Assembly: GCA_964454175.1 (NCBI GenBank)
Contig: CAYVSA010000006.1
Location: 1 to 49,568 of the forward strand
DNA: 49,568 nt
Direction: 5' to 3'
Source of the DNA: an uncultured Pseudomonadota bacterium
GTDB lineage: Bacteria > BMS3Abin14
In this document: positions 39,978 to 47,524 of the stretch, piece by piece
Numbering within the stretch: position 1 is the first letter of the stretch
Layout of the letters: every line of letters begins with the position of its first letter
Position numbers and translations under genes: made by a program
Notes under the pieces: generated by a model
The model's database searches: none
Told to the model about the DNA's origin: nothing
The model's input: the letters and a program-made list of their open reading frames with translations, nothing else

Positions 39978-41314
39978 CAATTCCCCAGCGTTTTGAAAAA
40001 TGCTGTCCCCTGGTGTTCACTTTTAATAAGGGACAGCTTCTCATCCCTCAGGGCCAGAAAGGCCTCCAGATCTGAACCCGACAACGCAGTGGCTTCGGGC
40101 ACCTTAACAGACCTCGGGTTGACGTAGCTGCCGTAACGGAACATCGCAAAATGCAGATGTGGTCCTGTAGCCCTGCCGGTCATGCCCACATAGCCTATGA
40201 TCTGCCCCTGGCGGACTTTGCTTCCCACCCGGAGTCCCGATACAAATGCATTCAGGTGAGCGTAGGCCGAAGAGTAGATCGAATTGTGCCTGATCTTGAT
40301 TATTCTCCCGTTAACACGGTCTCGCTTTCTCAGGGTGACCTTACCGTCGCCTATGGCCCTGACGGGCGTTCCTGTCGGCGCCACGTAGTCAATACCCCGG
40401 TGGGCCACAACCTTGCCAGTGACCGGATGAAGACGTCTTCTGGTATACCCTGAACTGATCCGCCTGAATCTGAGCGGGGCCTTGAGAAACTGTTTCCTGA
40501 GACTGCGTCCCTTCACATCAAAGTAATCAGACCTTCTGTTCGATCCCTCGAAAAGGACCGCTGAATGGACCTCACCGGCATTTTCAAATTTAGCACCGAG
40601 GATATCACCGTACCGCACGAAAACCCCGTCACGATAGAACTTGTTGAGCAGAACCCTGAATGAATCGCCCTTGCGAAGGTCCCTGAAGAAATCGATCTGC
40701 CATGCAAATATCTCAGAAAGGGCCAGTGCAAATGCCGGCTTCTCTCCTATCTCTTCCACAGCGCCGAACAGGGAATCATGTATCGTTCCGGAAATAACAA
40801 CGGTCTGAATGTCGTAGGGGATCGGGGATACCGTGACGTCCGGTTTTTGACCGTCAAAGAGAATGCTGACGAGTCTCTCTTCGTCGGGTTCATACTGGTA
40901 CTCAACAACCTCGTCATCCACTGAAACAACCCGATATGTATTTCCAGCAACCAGCTTTGAAAGATCCACACCCTTTACACCTGCAGACGCCAGGTTCATT
41001 ATGGACGCCTCATCGATCCCCAATCCCTTCAGGATCGCGTATAGCGTGTCTCCCCTCCTGACCTTTTTCTCAACTACCTCATGTTCGGAATCAATTGGCT
41101 GGATGTCCGTCGTTTCCCGGGCTGTCGGGGTTTTCTCTACTATAGACGGGATAGCCGCATCCGGGCCCTGCCGTGGAGGCGTACTCACAAACAGCATCGC
41201 CAGGCTGACAGCCAGCAGGAGGAGGTACCGTACCCTGACAGCAGGTTTTTTTCTTCTGCCGGATCCCGCTGCCGCGACAATGGGGCTCGGGCCCCGTTTC
41301 AGGCTGTCTCCCAA
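39977..41314 (-). CDS. M23 family peptidoglycan DD-metalloendopeptidase with LysM-like domain (MepM-like)
   Basis: TM, VRRGDTL, WQIDFFRDLRKGD, HRGIDY (HxxxD), TGPHLHF (HxH). Confidence 0.92.
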   Translation of the reverse strand: MGDSLKRGPSPIVAAAGSGRRKKPAVRVRYLLLLAVSLAMLFVSTPPRQGPDAAIPSIVEKTPTARETTDIQPIDSEHEVVEKKVRRGDTLYAILKGLGIDEASIMNLASAGVKGVDLSKLVAGNTYRVVSVDDEVVEYQYEPDEERLVSILFDGQKPDVTVSPIPYDIQTVVISGTIHDSLFGAVEEIGEKPAFALALSEIFAWQIDFFRDLRKGDSFRVLLNKFYRDGVFVRYGDILGAKFENAGEVHSAVLFEGSNRRSDYFDVKGRSLRKQFLKAPLRFRRISSGYTRRRLHPVTGKVVAHRGIDYVAPTGTPVRAIGDGKVTLRKRDRVNGRIIKIRHNSIYSSAYAHLNAFVSGLRVGSKVRQGQIIGYVGMTGRATGPHLHFAMFRYGSYVNPRSVKVPEATALSGSDLEAFLALRDEKLSLIKSEHQGTAFFKTLGN

Positions 41315-41592
41315 ACTCTCTCCTCAATCATCTTCTGAATGATCGACTCTCTGTCGTCTATCCCCGTGTCTTCCAGAAAAGAATAAAAGATATTCTCAAG
41401 CTCTTCAAGGGCCAGGGCGTGGACTCTTACAATGGGGTAGAAGTCAGGGGACGGCTCCGGCAGAGATACAGAGACCATATTTCTTATAGCCAGACCCCTG
41501 ATCGCGCCAAGCGCGTAATCCTGACCGTACTCGGCCAGCCTGTCTCGAACAATGGGGATCAACTCCCCGACATCACCTGGTCTTCTTTCCAT
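41299..41592 (-). CDS. hypothetical protein (~97 aa)
   Basis: ATG 41592 with GAGG RBS; overlaps both neighbours in operon fashion; no family recognised. Confidence 0.6.
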   Translation of the reverse strand: MERRPGDVGELIPIVRDRLAEYGQDYALGAIRGLAIRNMVSVSLPEPSPDFYPIVRVHALALEELENIFYSFLEDTGIDDRESIIQKMIEERVWETA

Positions 41593-42493
41593 TATCACGC
41601 CTCTTGATGTGCTCCAGATCCTCAAGACGGGATTGTACTTCGTCAAGATATTTTTTCAGTTTAGCGTTTGAAGGATCAGCACCCAGAGCCAGCTTCCAGA
41701 TCTCCCTTGCCTGTGTAAAGCGACCCGTAGAGTAGAACTTCAGCCCCAGGACCCTTGCATACTCAACGGCCTCGGAGTGAACCGGCCCCGTAGAAGGGAC
41801 AAGGATAAGTGCCTGTGAAAGATGATAGACAGAATCGTCCAGACGATCTTCTTTCCCGGCCTGATGCGCCGCCTTCAGTTCCGCAGAAGCTATCTCGGCT
41901 GGCTGTCTGGCTGCGCCTGTCCCAGCTTTCGCGATCCCCGGAGTGTTTTGCCCGCCCTCAATGATCTTGTCGAGTCGGGCCAACTCGGCCTTCAGCTCGA
42001 CATCATCAGGATAGAGCAATATGGCACTTTGGAGTCTTAACCTTGCTGCAGCCGGGTCATCAACTGATTCGAGGTAGTGTGCTTCGCTAAGCAGGCTCTC
42101 AGTCTCGATAATTATTGATTTTTCAACACCACGAAGGAGCTTTTTCACCCAGTAATATCTCGGGTAGATCTCCAGGGCTTCCTCGAGACTGCTGCGGGCG
42201 TTCACCAGGTCACCGCTTTTTTTCTGATCCATTGCCCTCCTGACAAAGGAATCTGCAAGGCCAAGCTTTCTCCTTGAGACCCCGACTGCCTTAACTGCAC
42301 CGGGCGAGCAGCTCCCGCCCCGCTTGTTGAGATCTGACAAGGCGTCTACCGCTGTCTTGTGTTCCCCTGCTGAGGCGAGGCTCATTATTTTCCTGCACTC
42401 AACTGTACTGTCGGGTTTTGGTGTCAGGTATGCACAGCCGGCCCAAAGAGGGAATACGAGGATCAGGAGATTTATGAGACCTTTGCTTTTAAT
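41573..42493 (-). CDS. TPR-repeat lipoprotein
   Basis: TPR-like helices (A...LE.ALEIYP, A...WKLAL..DPSN); frame extends upstream of ATG 42385 through a lipoprotein signal (KSKGLINLLILVFPLWAGC) to an ATT at 42493. Confidence 0.75.
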   Translation of the reverse strand: MKSKGLINLLILVFPLWAGCAYLTPKPDSTVECRKIMSLASAGEHKTAVDALSDLNKRGGSCSPGAVKAVGVSRRKLGLADSFVRRAMDQKKSGDLVNARSSLEEALEIYPRYYWVKKLLRGVEKSIIIETESLLSEAHYLESVDDPAAARLRLQSAILLYPDDVELKAELARLDKIIEGGQNTPGIAKAGTGAARQPAEIASAELKAAHQAGKEDRLDDSVYHLSQALILVPSTGPVHSEAVEYARVLGLKFYSTGRFTQAREIWKLALGADPSNAKLKKYLDEVQSRLEDLEHIKRRDNGKKTR

Positions 42494-43860
42494 CTCTCTA
42501 CCTCATTGTATATCCCGGCGATCACACCTTCTCTCTCGAGGCTGAAAAACAGTTTGACCAGTTTGGGGTCGAACTGGGCGCCCTGACCTTTCCTGATCCT
42601 TTTCAAGGCTTCACCTCTGGAGAGAGCAGGCCTGTATGGGCGATTTGATGTCATGGCATCGTAGGCATCCACCAGGTGGATTATCCGGGACGGCAAAGGG
42701 ATCACCTCATCACGGAGACCCGATGGATATCCTGTTCCATCGTAATGCTCGTGATGATGTTTCACGTACAGGCTAACCCTTCCCATAGTGGACAGCGGAC
42801 TCAGGATCCTGGCTCCAATCACAGGATGGTGCATCATATCGTTGATCTCGACATCATCGAGGGGGCCGAGTTTGGTTATGATCTGCCCCTCCACTCCGAT
42901 CTTCCCAATATCGTGGAGGATGGCGGCGAGTGACAGGTCCTTGATGGCCGATTCGTTCATGCCTATCCTTTCCGCCATAACTCTGGAGATCATTGCAACC
43001 CTTTCGCAATGCCCTTTGGTGTAGGGATCTTTTGCTTCAACAGTCGCGGCCAGCGCACTGATGGTTTCTGTAAAGTTTTTCAGTATCTGCTGCCGAGCCC
43101 TGTTGAGCTGGTCCACCATCTGGTTGAAATGCCCCGTAAGTCTGCCGACCTCATCCCGGCTCCTGACATCCACTTCAATAAACAGGTTGCCAGCGCCCAG
43201 GGCCTGGACGGCCTCATCCAGCTTTTCTATCCGCCGGACATGAATACCCGAAAGGAAATATATCCCCAGAACCCCGATAGTTGTTCCGAGGAGAAGCGGC
43301 ACAAGCACGCCAATGAGAGTTGCTGCCATGGCGCTATGGATGTGATCAGGACCAAGTCCCACAACGGCAGTTCCCACCTTGACCCCATCTGCTTGAATAT
43401 CCACGGCTTTCTGGATTACGCCCTTTTCCGGGCCAGGTACTCGATCCGGGAGTGCCTCCCCCACACTGCCCGTGTCGGAGTGATAAACAACGGTGCCTAC
43501 CCTGTCGAGAAGATAAGCATACCTGACGTCTTCCTCCATCATGACGGATTCTGTCACGGGGCCAAGACGCAGATCGTCCATTCCCAGAAGGGGATCCCGA
43601 GCATTTACAGCGAGATTTACGGCAAGGAGGTCTGCCCTTTTCCGGGCTTCCTGAGAGAGGAATATCCACTCGTATCTTACCAGAGCCAGGGCCACGGCTC
43701 CAGAAACCAGGATCAGGAGTAAAGAAAATGAAATTGTTACCTTCCAGCGAAGGGAAAAAGTTCTTTTAAAGACAGGGCTGAAGATATCCTTCTTCCGTTC
43801 CCTTGTCTGGCCGGCGGCGCTCAGCCTCGCCGGCTCTTTTCTTTCCTGCCTGATATCCAC
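42472..43860 (-). CDS. membrane HAMP + HD-GYP domain protein (cyclic dinucleotide phosphodiesterase)
   Basis: two TM segments, HAMP (DEVGRL..HFNQM), KDPYTKGH.ERV, LHDIGK, HHEHYDGTGYP, DAYDAMTSNRPYR, QFDP. Confidence 0.92.
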   Translation of the reverse strand: MDIRQERKEPARLSAAGQTRERKKDIFSPVFKRTFSLRWKVTISFSLLLILVSGAVALALVRYEWIFLSQEARKRADLLAVNLAVNARDPLLGMDDLRLGPVTESVMMEEDVRYAYLLDRVGTVVYHSDTGSVGEALPDRVPGPEKGVIQKAVDIQADGVKVGTAVVGLGPDHIHSAMAATLIGVLVPLLLGTTIGVLGIYFLSGIHVRRIEKLDEAVQALGAGNLFIEVDVRSRDEVGRLTGHFNQMVDQLNRARQQILKNFTETISALAATVEAKDPYTKGHCERVAMISRVMAERIGMNESAIKDLSLAAILHDIGKIGVEGQIITKLGPLDDVEINDMMHHPVIGARILSPLSTMGRVSLYVKHHHEHYDGTGYPSGLRDEVIPLPSRIIHLVDAYDAMTSNRPYRPALSRGEALKRIRKGQGAQFDPKLVKLFFSLEREGVIAGIYNEVERLKAKVS

Positions 43861-43880
43861 TGAATAGACTCCCTGATGCC

Positions 43881-44447
43881 TTAGCCTTCATTGAAGGCAA
43901 AAGTCTCCAATACGGTGTTTCCAATGGTAAAACTTTCTCCGAACTCCAGTTTGGCAGTCATGACGCGCCTGCCGGCATGAAATGTTCCGTTCGTGCTGTC
44001 CTGGTCTATAATAACGAGGTAATCGCCGTACACTCTCACCATGCAGTGTTTCCTCGAGACCTCCGGATCATTGACGTTTACATCAGCGCCGCTGCGTCCG
44101 AGGATCACCTGGGGTTTCCCAATCGTGAAAACGTCCCCGGTCCGCGTGTCCTTCAGTTCGTACTTCAGTCCCTGTGTCAGGAAGGGGTCTTCCTGAGATA
44201 CTTTCTGAAGAAGATCTGAGATCTCCCCGCTGTCCTGGTCGAGCTGCTGGAAATCGTACGAGATGGTCTGCCCGAAGTCGGCTGGAGGCCCGTCTCCGAT
44301 AAAGCTGGAATTTTTGAGGCCCTTTTCCCTGCCGGGAATGACGATCTGGTGGCCGCAACTGGGACAGTTAGCCCTTGCACCTCCATGAGGAACCCTCTCG
44401 TCGGCGATCTGATAGATCGTCCTGCAGCTGTCACAAGTGATCTTCAT
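43881..44447 (-). CDS. zinc-ribbon (MJ0042-like) + FHA domain protein
   Basis: M.I.CDSC...Y.I.D..VP..G....CPSC; FHA motifs LGR, D.EVSRKH, D.DSTNGT. Confidence 0.9.
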   Translation of the reverse strand: MKITCDSCRTIYQIADERVPHGGARANCPSCGHQIVIPGREKGLKNSSFIGDGPPADFGQTISYDFQQLDQDSGEISDLLQKVSQEDPFLTQGLKYELKDTRTGDVFTIGKPQVILGRSGADVNVNDPEVSRKHCMVRVYGDYLVIIDQDSTNGTFHAGRRVMTAKLEFGESFTIGNTVLETFAFNEG

Positions 44448-44513
44448 TATTCAGTGTCCCGCAAAAGTGTAATTTTATACCTTTTTTGGGTAAACTGTAA
44501 CCTACTATTATTA

Positions 44514-44594
44514 TGGTGTCGTAAAAAGTGGTGTCGTAATAAATCCATCCGTGGCTTTTTACTCCTCGGGATGGGGAAAAGCTGCATTTTCCCC
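44514..44594. repeat. degenerate palindromic element with duplicated end
   Basis: TGGTGTCGTAA twice (44514, 44529); hairpin GGGGAAAA-gctgca-TTTTCCCC (44573-44594); the 14-mer GTGTCGTAAAAAGT recurs at 35018. Confidence 0.5.
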
Positions 44595-44645
44595 TCCCTC
44601 TCGAATCTAATACTTGAATAACAAGTTACTAACAGAACGATTATT

Positions 44646-47432
44646 CTACCGGTAAACCGGCATTTTAACCTGTTCGAATTTTTTACCGTTGTATTTGTAC
44701 ACCCCGGTATCTGTCCCGAACCACTTGTTGTCGGAAAGGTCCACAGCTATCGTGTACACTTTCCTGGCAGGAAACCCCTGTGCAGGACCGAATGACATCC
44801 AACTGCTGCCGTCAAACCGTGCAGCACCGTTATCTTCTGTTCCCACCCAGACGTTCCAGCGTCCATCTACAGCCACTGCCAATACTCTGCTTGATGGAAG
44901 GCCGTCTTTTTCGGTATAAACTTTTTCCACCTTCTGCGTAAATTTCACCAGACCGCCATCGGTGGCGATCCAGAACACATCATCTGCATCGATGGCAAGA
45001 GAATTAACCATATTGTCCGGAAGCCCGTCCCGTGTTGTGTAGTTTTTGAATGACTCGCCGTTGTACCTTGAAAGGCCCTTGTCGGTCCCGAACCAGAGGT
45101 TGTCTTTAGGATCAACAACGATGCTGTTAATGTTATTGCTGGGCAGTCCATCGCCGTAATCGTAACTAACCCAGTTCCTTTTGCCGTCGAACTGAGACAC
45201 CCCCCTGTCAGTACCGATCCACTTAAAACCGAGACGGTCAACTGTCACCGCTCGTACCGAGTTGCTGACCATACCGTTGGAAACCGTGTAGTTCTTTCTC
45301 CTCTTGTTGAGGATATTAACCCTGAACAGCCCCTCTTCACCTCCGACCCACAGGAACCCACCATCGATAACGCTGGGGTGGATGAAGACACCATTGGAAT
45401 TTTTCCTCCACATACCGCTGGCAACAGTGTACCGGGCGGAGCGAATTTTCTCCTTGTTCCCGGCCCTGTCTACGGCAAAGAATCTCACTGTGACATCGTC
45501 TCTGCTGGCAAGGGGCGTCATGTAGACAGGCGAGGACATGGTGGGGACCGACCCGTCGAGGGTGTAGTAGATGCGGGCGCCCTCCTCACTCTTCAGTTCG
45601 AGGGTGATGGGGGGATTGTACTGTCCGGGAGCCGGGTACGGTACTGTCCTGGGCGGTGATGTGTCAATAACATACTCCACCATCTGGACGCCCTCACGGT
45701 TACCCGATTGATCGATGGAATAGAAAAACATCCGGCTGCTTTTATCCAGGACGAAAGGCGATTGGTAAGCGGAAAAATCACTGTTGTTTTCCATCCTGAA
45801 GAATATCTTTCCACCCTTTTCAGAGGACATTGAAACGCTTACCGGACGATTGTAGGTCCCTGGCTTCGGGGCTATGGTCGTGGATGGAGGGGTGGTGTCG
45901 AAAGAATATCTCTCCACTCGAATCTGCTCTCTGTTGCCGGATTCGTCGGTGGCGTAGAACTTGAGAATAGTGTCGCGAGAGAGTCTGACTGGCCTGGAGT
46001 ACTCAGAGGAAGCTTCGATGGGAGTCGTCCCATCCGTAGTGAAGCGAATAACAGCGCCGGCTTCAGACGCCAGGCTCACCTCGATGGGGCCCGAATAAGT
46101 AGCTCCCGCTGGTTCTGCCGCAGTCTCGGGCGGTATCCTGTCAAGGATATATTTCTGTCTGCTGACAGAACTTGAGTTTTTCACCCGGTCAACTGCAAAG
46201 TAGGAGAGGACAAGGTTCCTGGAAACAGTCACCGGACCGCGATACTGCTGCGAACTCGTGGTGGGTCTTTGCCCGTCCAGTGTATAGAAAATGGTTGCCG
46301 GTTCAGATGACTCGAGCTTCACCCGGATCCGTCCAGAGTAACTTCCGCCGGGAGGTAGAGCGGTGATAGCCGGTGGTGTCCTGTCCACATCGTATTTTGC
46401 ACTGACCGGTCTGCTCCGGTTTCCGGCGCGGTCGACGGCAAAAAATGAGATAGTTGTTGTCGTGTCGACCTTGATCGGTATTCTGTAAAGTGGTGAGGAC
46501 GCGGTTGGTGCCTGCCCTCCAACCTCATATCTGATCTGGCCCCGCTCAGAAGAATTCAGCTTGACTACAACGCCCTTGGGATAAACACCTCCTGCAGGTT
46601 CCGGGCTGACTTTCGGAGGGCTCCTGTCGATTACGTAACGCTCTTCGCGGACATTTTCCCGGTTCCCCGCCTTGTCGACGGAAAAGAACCTCACAACTCC
46701 GCTGCGCGTAAACCTGACTGGTTCAGTATACAGGGGGGATCTAGTGGTCGGGCGCCTCCCGTCCAGAGAATAATAGATCTTGCTGCCCTTTTCCCCGGCA
46801 AGGGCCACTGTCACATCCGAGTTGAACAGCCCGCCGGCAGGGTCAACCAGCGTTACGGGCTTTGCCGTATCCACATTGATCACGTATTTTGCTGTCTTTA
46901 CTTCTTCTAAATTACCTGCCTCATCAACGGAAAAGAACTTCAGAACAGTGTTATCCCTGAGTGTTATGGCCTTACCGAAAACAGGAGAGCTTTGCCCGGG
47001 CTGGCTTCCGTCGATCGTGTAATAGGTTACTGCGCCCTTTTCCGTCTTGAACCTCAGTGAAACAGGATGTGAATATCTACCGGCCCTGGGGCTGGGAGTT
47101 GTCTCCGGAGGCTCGGAGTCGAGTCTCACTGTATACTGTGCCAGCTTTATCTCGGACTGGTTTCCCCACCGGTCCCTGGCAAAGTATCGGATAAGGGTAT
47201 TTTCCCTGATACGTACCGGCCCCAGGTAAGGAAGCTCCCCTTCGTCCCCCCTGGCGAAATATATATCTGCGCCTGGTTCCGATGAGAAGGCTACCAGTAT
47301 CTCCTCATTGTACGCTCCCGGTTCAGGCGCTAGTGTCACCTCAGGAGGGGTCCTGTCGAAGGGGAAAAACCTCAATAGCACGGCAAGGGCCGCCAGAACG
47401 ATGGCTAGAAATAAGAAAATCCTGCCTTTCAC
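44646..47432 (-). CDS. membrane-anchored protein with 8 Fn3-associated/chitobiase C-terminal-like repeats and a C-terminal Reg_prop beta-propeller
   Basis: N-terminal TM; eight ~80-aa repeats D..PP....P..G.Y...IYYT.DG..P...S..Y..P...F.A.D..GN.E; five G(L/M/F)P/V..V repeats with W.GT..G blades; GTG 47432 with GGAG RBS. Confidence 0.88.
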   Translation of the reverse strand: MKGRIFLFLAIVLAALAVLLRFFPFDRTPPEVTLAPEPGAYNEEILVAFSSEPGADIYFARGDEGELPYLGPVRIRENTLIRYFARDRWGNQSEIKLAQYTVRLDSEPPETTPSPRAGRYSHPVSLRFKTEKGAVTYYTIDGSQPGQSSPVFGKAITLRDNTVLKFFSVDEAGNLEEVKTAKYVINVDTAKPVTLVDPAGGLFNSDVTVALAGEKGSKIYYSLDGRRPTTRSPLYTEPVRFTRSGVVRFFSVDKAGNRENVREERYVIDRSPPKVSPEPAGGVYPKGVVVKLNSSERGQIRYEVGGQAPTASSPLYRIPIKVDTTTTISFFAVDRAGNRSRPVSAKYDVDRTPPAITALPPGGSYSGRIRVKLESSEPATIFYTLDGQRPTTSSQQYRGPVTVSRNLVLSYFAVDRVKNSSSVSRQKYILDRIPPETAAEPAGATYSGPIEVSLASEAGAVIRFTTDGTTPIEASSEYSRPVRLSRDTILKFYATDESGNREQIRVERYSFDTTPPSTTIAPKPGTYNRPVSVSMSSEKGGKIFFRMENNSDFSAYQSPFVLDKSSRMFFYSIDQSGNREGVQMVEYVIDTSPPRTVPYPAPGQYNPPITLELKSEEGARIYYTLDGSVPTMSSPVYMTPLASRDDVTVRFFAVDRAGNKEKIRSARYTVASGMWRKNSNGVFIHPSVIDGGFLWVGGEEGLFRVNILNKRRKNYTVSNGMVSNSVRAVTVDRLGFKWIGTDRGVSQFDGKRNWVSYDYGDGLPSNNINSIVVDPKDNLWFGTDKGLSRYNGESFKNYTTRDGLPDNMVNSLAIDADDVFWIATDGGLVKFTQKVEKVYTEKDGLPSSRVLAVAVDGRWNVWVGTEDNGAARFDGSSWMSFGPAQGFPARKVYTIAVDLSDNKWFGTDTGVYKYNGKKFEQVKMPVYR

Positions 47433-47524
47433 TATTAATTCTCCAGTCGAATAATGTCGAGTTACAAGGTCAGTGCGGGCCGGGGGAGGCATTGGATCCC
47501 GCCCCCGTCTTTATCTGAACCCCG

